From positions 160,388,087 through 160,438,775 of the forward strand of contig NC_068983.1 in assembly GCF_001194135.2 (NCBI RefSeq): a DNA stretch of 50,689 bases. Direction: 5' to 3'. This DNA comes from Octopus bimaculoides. Its lineage: Eukaryota. Below, piece after piece: positions 24,650 to 36,040 of the stretch (positions are counted from its first letter, which is position 1; every line of letters begins with the position of its first letter). A program made the translations under genes and the position numbers. The notes under the pieces were generated by a model, which did no database searches, was not told the origin of the DNA, and worked only from the letters and a program-made list of their open reading frames with translations.

Positions 24650-26390
24650 TTGAGTTATAACCCTCTCAGTAAGTTTCATGGCTTGGTCAATCAATTTAAT
24701 ACTTCTGTAGTTGTTTCTATTGAAGGCATCACCTTTTCCTTTGTATCAGCTAACAATACTACTGCACCAATCATTGGGGATGGTGCCTTTCTGAATAACC
24801 AGATTAACTATATGGGGGACTAGGCTGTATCCTAAACTACCAGAAATGTTCATCATCTTGGCATTGATTCTTGATGGCCCACAGGCTTTCCCTGTCTTCA
24901 TATTCTTAATTGCCTTATTTATTATACTGTTATCAACTCTGATAGCTGGTCTCTCAATTGGTTCGATATTTGGTAGACTCTCCTTCTCCCATTCATTTTC
25001 CACATTTAGTAACTTTTCATAGTCACACTTCCATGCGTCTTTCTTCTCTGAGCCACTAAGTGCAAGCATATCATTATCCATTTGCACACATTTCTCACCT
25101 ACCACATCTCTATTTTCTCTGATACACTGCTTTGCAATCTTGAATACCTCACACCTCTGATCCTTATGCTGTAGATCATTTGCAAATCTCTTACCTTCAG
25201 CTTCTCCTTTAGCTATATGTACCTGATGCCTAGCTGCCCCTTTGGTTACCTCATATAATTTGCTGCTTCCACTGTTTTTCCAGTCTTTCCAGACTTGTTT
25301 TGCTTTTTTTAGCACTATCAACCTCCTTGCTCCACCACTCTGTCACCCTTGGTCTAGCTGGGACTCTGCACCAACCGCAGATTTCGTCCATAGACCTAAG
25401 TCGATTGTCCTGCAGGAACTTCCAATTGTTCTCTAAGTTATATGTCCCCAACTCTTCCTCTCTTTCGTCAGAAACTCCCATTTGTAAATCTCTAAACTTT
25501 TGTCTGTTTGCTAGATCTTTGAACTTCCATAATATTATTTTCCAGATTGGTTTATTTCTCTGAGTCTTTCTCGCTCCAATTCTGAAGTCACTAACTAGTA
25601 ACCTATGTTAGGATGTATACTCTTCACCTGGGAAAGACTTTGCATTTTTAAGCATTCATCTATCTTATTGCCTGGTGAGAAGGTAGTTAATCTGGCTTAT
25701 GTACTCACCAGACTGATAAGTGATTAGGTGGCTAGCTGGTTTTTTGAAGTTAGTGTTGCAGATCATGAGATCATTTTCATCACAGAACTTCAGCAGTCTT
25801 GTTCCCTCCTCATTTCTAGGTCCAAAACCATAGCCCCCATGCACTCCCTGGAACCCATGGAGGTACTGTCCAACATGTCCATTGAGATTTCCAGCCACAA
25901 TAACAAAATCTCTGTTATTTGTCGTTGAGATGGTCTGTAAAAGGGTCTCATAGAATTGGTCTTTTTGCTCATCAGTCAGCTCAGACTGAGGAGCATAGTC
26001 TCCTCAGTAACTGTTAATTTACCTCCATGTAAACTCCATGTAACTGTTAATTTACCTATGATAAGTCTCATCTTAATTACCCTATTACATACTCTGACTA
26101 TCTTAATTACCTTATCTAACTACTTTTCTGCTAGCAGTATACCTACTCCACCTACTCCATCCTTCCTGATAACCCAGAAGAATTTCAATCTCTGTCTCTT
26201 ACCAATGAGGAATCTAGCTGAGGTCCCCCTCCATCTTACTTCTTGCACACCACACACAACAACATTGCATTGCTCCAACATTTCAATAATTTTCCCACTC
26301 CTTCCTTTCATTGTGCTAACAGTGATGGTAGCAGCCCTGAGACTGAGTACTTAGGAGCTGTGGTGGTAAGGTAGTCATGGAAAGTTTGTC
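24650..26390 (-). mobile_element. RTE LINE, AP-endonuclease through start of RT, pseudogenised
   Basis: MKGRSGKIIEML...VQEVRWRG, GNLNGHVG, RNEEGTRLLKFCDENDLMICNT.FKK, QINYLL, MKTGKACGPS, IPNDWCSSIV, YKGKGDA..RNNYRSIKL. Confidence 0.93.
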
Positions 26391-26781
26391 ATCACCTGAA
26401 ATGAAGAAGATCTGTGAAAACGTTTGCCAGCTAGAATAGAACTTTGATACATAGTTTATTCAAGGAATAACTATGAATAACAGTTTCCCCCACCTCGTTC
26501 AATATCTACAGCAAGAGCCAACAAGTGGGTATGAGCATAGGGTGGTTACATAGGGTAGTTTAAGTATTATATGTCTAAATATATATATATATATGAGACA
26601 CTTTTAACTGTATACAACACTCGTCAGGGTGTTTATATGAGGGTATAAGGGAGTGGAAAGGTATACTCAAAATATGTATTCTCATACGCAGCACAGGAAG
26701 CATATGAGTCGCCAGATGAAATTGTTAATATATGAATTAAAATAGTGGGTGGTGGAGTATAATGGGTGTGCAGAATAGACT

Positions 26782-27320
26782 TTGAGCACAGGCCTTGTGC
26801 AAACTAAGTTTTATGCACCATTATAGCAAGTCGGGCTCAGAAGAAAAGCTGTAATATTTAATCATAATTATTATTATTATCATTAAAATATTAATACTAA
26901 ATTAATATCCATGTACATTTTAATCATTAAATTCATCGCATAAGCATTTTGCTATGGGAGTGGGAGTCTGGCTGAAATTGAAATGAAATGAAATTACATG
27001 TGGCCTTGGCAACTAGATATTGAAAGAAAGGGGGAGAATCCTAGATTCATTAACTTAGTCACATTTAAATAATAATAACAATAACTTGGCTGTTGATTCA
27101 AGAAAGAGCAAATAAGTGAATGAGTTGCTGATTAGATGAATGGCAGCAAAGAAATGGAACAATATTTGGAAATGTATTTTAAATATACAACAGACACTGG
27201 GGATGAACATTGAGCACAGGCCTTGTGCAAACTGAGTTTTATGCACCACATAGCTAGAAAATCTCAGAAGAAAAGCTGTAGTATCTAGTGATAATTATTA
27301 TTATTATCATTAAAATATTA
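26782..27320 (+). repeat. Pair of ~112-bp direct repeats (26782-26893 and 27210-27320)
   Basis: ttgagcacaggccttgtgcaaact.agttttatgcacca...ctcagaagaaaagctgta...ataattattattattatcattaaaatatta occurs twice. Confidence 0.9.
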
Positions 27321-27369
27321 TACATACATAGATGCATGTATGTACGTATATATGTATGTATGCATGTAT

Positions 27370-27640
27370 GTATGTTATCAATCAGTTTCATTTCTGTATT
27401 TCTTGTCCATAGAGAAAGAGCCGGACTCTAACATAGATTCAAGGCTCCTTCATTGGAACTTTTATCAACATCATCTAGGTATTTGTGCATATGTGTGTGT
27501 GTGTGCAGTATTTGGTGTTAGTGTATGCGCAGATTTGTATGTTTGTTTTATGGATGCATTTTTATGTCTAGATGCATGCATATGTATTTATGTGCTAAAT
27601 TTTTGGAAAGTTTTACATATCTTTACAGTTCCATTGATGG
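27370..27640 (-). repeat. Unclassified dispersed repeat, related to 42820-42970 (+)
   Basis: Shared segment tgg(a/c)ac(t/a)gt(a/g)aagat(a/t)t(g/a)taa(a/g)ac(t/a)ttccaaaaatt; GTVKICKTFQKF versus GTVKIYKTFQKF in the ORF track. Confidence 0.55.
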
Positions 27641-27759
27641 CTTGAATCTGTAGTCTTCTAATCAGCCTTTTTCTTTCAGGTTTTGAGAACCCTATGTATG
27701 TATGTATGTATGTATATATGTATGTATGTGTGTATGTATGTGTGTGTGCATGTATGCAT

Positions 27760-27925
27760 ATGACAGACTTCCACACAGTTTTCATCTAAGAAATTCTCTT
27801 GCAAGACAATAGTTAGCCCAGGGCTATAATAGACAATCCTTGCCCAATTTGCTGCCCAGCAGGACTGAATCTGAAAACACTTGGTTGTAAAGCAAACTTT
27901 TTAATTTCATAGCCATGCCTGAGCG
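27760..27925 (-). mobile_element. SINE family A, decayed head
   Basis: gggctataatagacaatccttgcccaa...caggactgaatctg...ttggttgtaaagcaaact...atagccatgcctg. Confidence 0.6.
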
Positions 27926-28599
27926 TATAAATAAAGGGGAAGCAGTCAGTTGATTATATAGACTCTAGTACGTGACTGGTACTTTATTTTATTGAACTGG
28001 AAGAATGAAAGGCAAAGCTGACAACAGCTGAATTTGAAACTAGAATGTAAAGAGTTAGAAGAAATACTGCAAGACATTTGTTAAAGCTCTAATGACACAT
28101 CTAATTAATCCAATGTTTGGAACTATGTCTGAATAAATACAAAGATGTGGCTGTAAGTGTGTATATGTTTACATAAATAAAAGCATAACAAAATCTAGTC
28201 TGACTGAACCAATACTGAGATAAAAGTAATCAACCAAAAAGAATATATATTAAGATAGCTGTCTATTTAATGTCATGCTTAATGTATATACCTTGTTGAC
28301 AAGCAAGTTACTGCAGTTCTTGTCCAAGGTCACATCTCTTATGGACATGCACTACATAAATACATTAGATATGATACACAGAAGATTATTGTTATATAAT
28401 TCTGCTTCAGTTGTGCATACCAGACGATATGGCAAATTTTACAATTGAATGTAGATTTGATGCTGTTGTAGATTAGTGTTGTTATATAGTCTTAGGCCAA
28501 TCCTGATCAGGCAGGTGCACAGTCAAAAATATTCCACCTGTGCCCATCATTAAATGCAAGTGAGCCATCATCTATGCAGATACATTTCTTTCCTATGAC

Positions 28600-29880
28600 A
28601 TTCTATGATTCTTTCTCACACACTGTCTTCAAGTCTCTGGTCCTCATGATGTAGAACATTGGCAAATTTTTTTCTTATCTGCTTCCTTGCTGGCTAAGTA
28701 AACCTGTCTCCTAGCTTCCTTTCTGGCTATCCGATACTGTTCCCTGCTATCACCACACTTCCAGTCCTTCCGTGCCTGTTTGTTTACCTTAATGGCCCTG
28801 TCAGCTACACATTATCTTAGGTCAAAATGGGACTTTGCCCAATCCACAGATCTGCTCAGTAGCCCTCAACAAGTTGTCCCGTAGGAACCTCCAGTTGTCC
28901 TCCACATTATGGGATGCTATGTCCTCTTTTTCATCAAAAGCTTCAAGTAATACGTCTCAAAATCTCTGTCTATTCAGAGGATTATTAGGCTTCCAGGCCC
29001 TTCTTTTCCATACTTGTCGCCTTCTGGGCAGCCATTTAGCCCTGATCCTGAAGCTGCAAATTACTAACCTATATTGTGGGGTGCATTCTTCACTTGGGAA
29101 AGTTCTGGCCTTTGTAAGTAGCCATCTTTCCCATTTCCTGGCAAGAATGTAGTCAATCTGACTAGTGTACCCACCTGACTGGTAGGTGAACAGGTGACTG
29201 GCAGGTTTCCTGAAATAAGTATTACAGATCACAAGATCATTTGCATCGCAAAACTCCAGCAGCCTGGTTTCCTCCTCATTGCGGAAACCAAAACTGTAGC
29301 CACCGTGTCCATCTTGGAAGCTCCCTGGATGTTGTCCAATATGCCCATTAAAGTCACTGGCCACAAAGAGAAGGTCCCTGTCGATGAGGTTCGTCGATGA
29401 GATAGCCTGCAAGAGGGTGTCATAAAATTGGTCTTTCTGTTCATCAGGTAGCCCTGGCTGAGGGGTATAAGCCAAGATAAAGGTTGCTAATCCATGTTGC
29501 ACCACCAATCTAATCCTAAGTATTCTATCACAGACTCTGACTACCTTGATTACCTTATCAACCCATTTCTCTGCAAGGAGTATACTTATACTCCTAACCC
29601 CATCAATGTTCCCTACTCAGAAAATCTTATACCTATGTTTTTTGCCTGTGAGGAACCTAACAGAACTTCCTCTCCACCTTACTTCTTGGATGCAGCACAA
29701 ATCTACACATCTCCATTCTAGCAAGTCAACAATCTCACTAGACCTACCTTTCAATGTGCCAGCATTACGTGTTCAAACTCTGAGGGTGTGGAAAGTGTGG
29801 GCCAGTGAGACCCTGGGATGGGGGACAGCAGCATTATGCATCTGAAAAGAAAGTTCACATTTGGCAGATCTCATAAACAT
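28600..29880 (-). mobile_element. RTE LINE 5' part (AP-endonuclease and linker), pseudogenised
   Basis: NAGTLKGRSSEIVDLL...CCIQEVRWRG, LAYTPQPGLPDEQKDQFY, SDFNGHIG, NEEETRLLEFCDANDLVICNTYFRK, SQIDYIL. Confidence 0.93.
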
Positions 29881-30392
29881 ACAATAGCCTTCAACCTGCA
29901 TTCACTACACCACCATTTTATTCCCTACATAATCGTTACATTCACTAGGTAGGAATGGAGGAGGAAAAGCATTTCTTATAGTAAGCTGTTAGAGTTGCTT
30001 GGGAGAAAGACATTTAGTAGAGGTCAGAGAATAAAGACTTCCATTATAGGTGGTGGGGGTCGAACAGGAGGGAGCACCATGAACGGCAAAGCACTATGGC
30101 TGCCCTATTTCCTAGCAGAAGCTGATGTGGCATAACTACAGACAAACAATGTGAGCTACTAATCAACAGCTGACATGGGAATAACAAGTGGTTAACAAAA
30201 CTGCCTCCAGGTACAGCCCCCTTTACCCTTAGTGCTTACATAAAGCTTTACCCCTTTATCCCTAGTGTCTAAATAAAGGTTCACTCAACAACTCTGGCAA
30301 GGGGAGATATTTCCCATACTAAGAAGTACACTAAAATATTTTATTTCTTGAGTGAACAAAACAGACATGTACATGGTATTACAACAATATGA

Positions 30393-30839
30393 AGTAGTTT
30401 CAATTCTTTGTTTGACCCATTCCAATTACCTAAAATCCCTAATAGTTTAAATAAGTCTAATTCAAGAAAACTTGAAAGAATTCATTATAATAATGATTAC
30501 AGTATTATACTCCTGAACATTTTAAAATTATTAATTACTCTATTTTGTTTTAACCTACTTCCTGTTTTAAATGATATTGCTAATGAAACGCTTGCTGTTA
30601 GAATATCTTTTTTTATCAAATCAATTTATTTCTATAAATATTCCAGTATCTGCCCTGGTGTCAGAGACTTGATTTTCAGATTAATAGTTCCAGACAATAT
30701 TCCACAAATATTCATTACAATCATCTCTGCAATCCAAATCTTAGGGTCAATTAATTGTGACAGCAACTGTGACTATTTTGGGACTAAATGTTTTCTTTTA
30801 AAAATCAATGATGACAATAATCTGGAGATATGCCTTTAA
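30393..30839 (+). CDS. Unexplained stop-free frame (~148 codons) in very AT-rich DNA
   Basis: Listed ORF 30408..30839; the frame is open from 30393. No ATG start and no recognised domain. Confidence 0.2.
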   Translation, partial: SSFNSLFDPFQLPKIPNSLNKSNSRKLERIHYNNDYSIILLNILKLLITLFCFNLLPVLNDIANETLAVRISFFIKSIYFYKYSSICPGVRDLIFRLIVPDNIPQIFITIISAIQILGSINCDSNCDYFGTKCFLLKINDDNNLEICL

Positions 30840-30856
30840 TATATATGGGTGTATGT

Positions 30857-30926
<70 letters not shown>

Positions 30927-31115
30927 CAAAGAGATTTTGATGCTAAGGTATAAGATTACAGAATCACATGAGAAGGAGGTTTGATTTATAGTATAGTAAA
31001 TGTTATTTTGCAGCCAAGAAGAGAAGAAAGAAAAATTTATTCTCTGAAATGGGAAGATACACAATAAAAAAATGCACTTAGTTCTAAGCATATATATATG
31101 CATAGAACTATGTGC

Positions 31116-31146
<31 letters not shown>

Positions 31147-32104
31147 NNNNNNNNNNNNNNNNNNNNNNNNNNNNNNNNNNNNNNNNNNNNNNNNNNNNNN
31201 NNNNNNNNNNNNNNNNNNNNNNNNNNNNNNNNNNNNNNNNNNNNNNNNNNNNNNNNNNNNNNNNNNNNNNNNNNNNNNNNNNNNNNNNNNNNNNNNNNNN
31301 NNNNNNNNNNNNNNNNNNNNNNNNNNNNNNNNNNNNNNNNNNNNNNNNNNNNNNNNNNNNNNNNNNNNNNNNNNNNNNNNNNNNNNNNNNNNNNNNNNNN
31401 NNNNNNNNNNNNNNNNNNNNNNNNNNNNNNNNNNNNNNNNNNNNNNNNNNNNNNNNNNNNNNNNNNNNNNNNNNNNNNNNNNNNNNNNNNNNNNNNNNNN
31501 NNNNNNNNNNNNNNNNNNNNNNNNNNNNNNNNNNNNNNNNNNNNNNNNNNNNNNNNNNNNNNNNNNNNNNNNNNNNNNNNNNNNNNNNNNNNNNNNNNNN
31601 NNNNNNNNNNNNNNNNNNNNNNNNNNNNNNNNNNNNNNNNNNNNNNNNNNNNNNNNNNNNNNNNNNNNNNNNNNNNNNNNNNNNNNNNNNNNNNNNNNNN
31701 NNNNNNNNNNNNNNNNNNNNNNNNNNNNNNNNNNNNNNNNNNNNNNNNNNNNNNNNNNNNNNNNNNNNNNNNNNNNNNNNNNNNNNNNNNNNNNNNNNNN
31801 NNNNNNNNNNNNNNNNNNNNNNNNNNNNNNNNNNNNNNNNNNNNNNNNNNNNNNNNNNNNNNNTATAGCAGTAACTGCATTGTCCAGAGTGATTTGGTGA
31901 TTTGGTATGATTTAGAATGGTGGTGGAAAATTGGTTATTCTAACTAGTAGTCCCACTGATTATGTTGTGGTTTTATAATTAATCTTTTACTGTCTTTATA
32001 TTTGGATATCTGAAACATATTAGTGAAAATATGTCTGAAATAATTTGATAGTGCTATGCATTTACTTGTTATTGGAAATTTCACATATAGATGAGATGCA
32101 TGCA

Positions 32105-32215
32105 TGCATGGGTAGTCAAGAAGTTCATTTTCCAACCAAGTGGCTTTGAGTTCAATCCCACAGCATGATATCTTGGGTAGGTCTTCTGTTATAGTCCCAG
32201 ACAGGCCACCATATA
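32105..32215 (+). mobile_element. SINE family A, head fragment
   Basis: tagtcaagaagttcattttccaacc...gagttcaatcccacagcatgatatcttgggtagg. Confidence 0.55.
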
Positions 32216-32229
32216 TATTTATCTTTATC

Positions 32230-32680
32230 AGCGTGAAAGATAGATTGTATAATGCTTGTGTATGAACAGCTATACTCCATGGTAGTGAGACATGAGCTCT
32301 GGATGCAAAAGACATGTGTAGATTAGAGAGAAATGAAGGCAGTATGCTCTCCAAGATGTGCAACATCAATGTGCATGAACGACAAAGAGCAAATGTGTTG
32401 AGAGAAAAGTTGGGCGAAGAGGAATTAAATGCAGCATGCAAGAGAGGAGACTATGTTGGTTTGGACAAGTGATGTGTATGAGGGAAGACAGCTGTATACA
32501 GAAGTGCCTGTCACCAAAAATAGATGGTACCTGTGGAAGAGGGAGACCCAGGAAGACGAGATGAAGTGGTGAGGACTGATCTCAAGATGTTGGGGCTCAC
32601 AGAGGAAATGATAATAGACCAAAATGGCTGGGGATGAGTTTCTAGAGAACCCCCCACCCACCCATACCAGTGAACCTGAG
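32230..32680 (+). mobile_element. RTE LINE 3' coding end, pseudogenised
   Basis: VKDRLYNACV*TAILHGSET*, RLERNEGSML, ERRLCWFGQVM, GTCGRGRPRKT, VRTDLKMLGL. Confidence 0.85.
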
Positions 32681-32739
32681 TTCTAGAAGTGTTGTGTTCT
32701 ACCCACCATGTAACAAAATTTTCGAACATCCTACCCCCA

Positions 32740-33015
32740 ACAAACTAACCTACATCCTCCTTTCCCAAACTGTTTCACTTCTCTTCCTCACCAATTCCCC
32801 TTCATACACTATGATTATCTCCCACTCCCCAATCCAGTCCTCACTACCCTGCCAATTGTATCGTTGCTTCCCCTACTTCCCACCCATCCACCTCTACACC
32901 CACATTCTCACCAGTCATAGCATTCCCCACACCCCACTCCCTACTTGTGACTTCTTGGCAATACCTCGCCAGCACCTGCCACCGTTCATCTCTCTCTTCC
33001 TTACTCTACCACCCC
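32740..33015 (-). repeat. Purine/pyrimidine-skewed dispersed repeat, related to 36040-36830 (+)
   Basis: The reverse complement shares gtagaggtg...gataat.atagt.tg.ag.ggga...agaagtg...ggaaaggagg with 36240-36370. Confidence 0.45.
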
Positions 33016-33020
33016 ATCTA

Positions 33021-33641
33021 TGCCCGGATCTTGTTCAAAACGGGGGCACCAGTATTTTCTTAACGAAACATTTTGAAACTTGGGACACTGGTAGAATGTG
33101 TCATATAAAACATCTTTTTCTCTTAGTCTTCTGAACAAAAAAACGTACATCGCAAGTTATTTCATTCTCAAACGATTCTGGCGGTGATAAAATTATTATT
33201 TCCTTGTCAAAAAATGGCTGAAGCATATTGGCAGTAGGGTTAGGGTTAGGGTTAGGGTTAGGGTTAGGGTTAGGGTTAGGCAGCAGCTACCACACACACA
33301 CACNNNNNNNNNNTCTTAACGAAACATTTTGAAACTTGGGACACTGGTAGAATGTGTCATATAAAACATCTTTTTCTCTTAGTCTTCTGAACAAAAAAAC
33401 GTACATCGCAAGTTATTTCATTCTCAAACGATTCTGGCGGTGATAAAATTATTATTTCCTTGTCAAAAAATGGCTGAAGCATATTGGCAGTAGGGTTAGG
33501 GTTAGGGTTAGGGTTAGGGTTAGGGTTAGGGTTAGGCAGCAGCTACCACACACACACACATATGCTACCACACACACACACACACACACACACATAGGCA
33601 CATACACAGTTATCACCACATGTTTTATATATAATATAGAT
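33021..33641 (+). mobile_element. Non-autonomous DNA-transposon-like element carrying a telomeric tract
   Basis: Abrupt start gcccggatcttgttcaaaacgggggcaccagtattttc, CpG-retaining body, (TTAGGG)n, CA tracts, end gttttatatataatatagat. Class not established. Confidence 0.45.
33235..33280 (+). repeat. Interstitial telomeric repeat TAGGG(TTAGGG)6TTAGG
   Basis: Perfect array. A second identical array at 33491-33536 lies in a gap-flanking duplicate. Confidence 0.97.
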
Positions 33642-33644
33642 TTA

Positions 33645-34146
33645 CTCTCTCTCTCTCTCTCTCATACACATGCACACACACACACACACACAAAGATGTA
33701 TGCATATTTGTGTATGTACGTATACATGACAACAAACCTCTCTCTCTCTCACTCTCTCTCTGTCACACACACACACACACACACACTTCCATTTCATCTG
33801 ACGTGTGATACTCTGTGTGTGTGAGTGCGCGTGCGTGTGTGTTTTCATGCGAGCGTGAGGGGTTCCACAATCGCAATTTATTTCAATTACTCTTGTGAGG
33901 ATATTCACGTAAATCATTTTTTTCATTTAATCCACATTATAATTTTCGTAAAAGTTTCCAAGTACCAATGAGGCTTTTTGGTGCATCTTCAATTTTTCCA
34001 ATTTATGAGAGGTGCCCAGTCATCATTCATCTGAGAGTCCATCTACAGAATGTCCTCAGATTTCTATACAGCATATTTTGCTTTTTTCCTTCCAGTATAT
34101 AAGCAACAATTTCATTCCCGGGCAACGCCGGGTTGCTCTGCTAGTT
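33645..34146 (-). mobile_element. Helitron/Helentron-like non-autonomous element, 5' part
   Basis: Minus-strand start tatata|ACTAGCAGAGCAACCCGGCGTTGCCCGGG, with a subterminal hairpin (34117-34136) inserted in a TA-rich site. Confidence 0.55.
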
Positions 34147-34986
34147 ATATATAAAACAGAGATGTGTGTGTAATCNNNNNNNNNNNNNNNNNNNNNNNNN
34201 NNNNNNNNNNNNNNNNNNNNNNNNNNNNNNNNNNNNNNNNNNNNNNNNNNNNNNNNNNNNNNNNNNNNNNNNNNNNNNNNNNNNNNNNNNNNNNNNNNNN
34301 NNNNNNNNNNNNNNNNNNNNNNNNNNNNNNNNNNNNNNNNNNNNNNNNNNNNNNNNNNNNNNNNNNNNNNNNNNNNNNNNNNNNNNNNNNNNNNNNNNNN
34401 NNNNNNNNNNNNNNNNNNNNNNNNNNNNNNNNNNNNNNNNNNNNNNNNNNNNNNNNNNNNNNNNNNNNNNNNNNNNNNNNNNNNNNNNNNNNNNNNNNNN
34501 NNNNNNNNNNNNNNNNNNNNNNNNNNNNNNNNNNNNNNNNNNNNNNNNNNNNNNNNNNNNNNNNNNNNNNNNNNNNNNNNNNNNNNNNNNNNNNNNNNNN
34601 NNNNNNNNNNNNNNNNNNNNNNNNNNNNNNNNNNNNNNNNNNNNNNNNNNNNNNNNNNNNNNNNNNNNNNNNNNNNNNNNNNNNNNNNNNNNNNNNNNNN
34701 NNNNNNNNNNNNNNNNNNNNNNNNNNNNNNNNNNNNNNNNNNNNNNNNNNNNNNNNNNNNNNNNNNNNNNNNNNNNNNNNNNNNNCTATGTGTGTGTGAG
34801 AGAGACAGACAGACAGACAGAGACAGAGAGACAGAGAGAGACAGAGAGAGAGAGACAGAGAGACAGAGACAGAGAGAGAGAGACAGACAGAGCCAGTGAA
34901 GGGGTGTGTCGACAATTATACGTACATACATAAATAGTCATACATTTCTTGTACGTATGTGTGAGAGAGAGAGGGTCACTGAAACA

Positions 34987-35021
<35 letters not shown>

Positions 35022-35266
35022 GTCTCACACACACACGTGCAGATATACACACAGAAAAGATGTATGCATATGCATTTATGTATGTACGTAGACATCACAA
35101 CACACCCCTTCACTCACACACATACAGAAACATACATGTGAGTGTGTGATTCACTACGAATACATAGAGCGGAACACGGCGTGCCAAAAAAAAAATAATA
35201 GAAATTTTATTTACGGAAATTAACGAAGTGTGCTAGTTCGGAACGAAATCAAACCTGGAGTGTGTG

Positions 35267-35301
<35 letters not shown>

Positions 35302-36004
35302 ATTGCAAAGAATGAATGAGATGAACATGGAACGCCCAAAAATCGTATAAATAAAAGCACGTTAAAAACTATCTTGTACGGAATATTCAAATTTATGAAC
35401 TTCGTAAATATGTGTTTCAGTAATTGATCGTAGTTGTTTACAGAAAGCGAACACTAAAAGTAGAGAGTGAGAGATGTCGCCGTTTTTTCACGTCCGTACG
35501 GGAAGTTGACATTGAGAAACCTTTTTAAAGAAGTGAATCTTAAATATAAANNNNNNNNNNNNNNNNNNNNNNNNNNNNNNNNNNNNNNNNNNNNNNNNNN
35601 NNNNNNNNNNNNNNNNNNNNNNNNNNNNNNNNNNNNNNNNNNNNNNNNNNNNNNNNNNNNNNNNNNNNNNNNNNNNNNNNNNNNNNNNNNNNNNNNNNNN
35701 NNNNNNNNNNNNNNNNNNNNNNNNNNNNNNNNNNNNNNNNNNNNNNNNNNNNNNNNNNNNNNNNNNNNNNNNNNNNNNNNNNNNNNNNNNNNNNNNNNNN
35801 NNNNNNNNNNNNNNNNNNNNNNNNNNNNNNNNNNNNNNNNNNNNNNNNNNNNNNNNNNNNNNNNNNNNNNNNNNNNNNNNNNNNNNNNNNNNNNNNNNNN
35901 NNNNNNNNNNNNNNNNNNNNNNNNNNNNNNNNNNNNNNNNNNNNNNNNNNNNNNNNNNNNNNNNNNNNNNNNNNNNNNNNNNNNNNNNNNNNNNNNNNNN
36001 NNNN

Positions 36005-36039
<35 letters not shown>

Positions 36040-36040
<1 letters not shown>

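Noticed and set aside
33058-33559. Identical 246-bp duplication including the TTAGGG array
   Set aside because: Flanks a 10-N gap exactly; treated as an assembly overlap (one array, not two).
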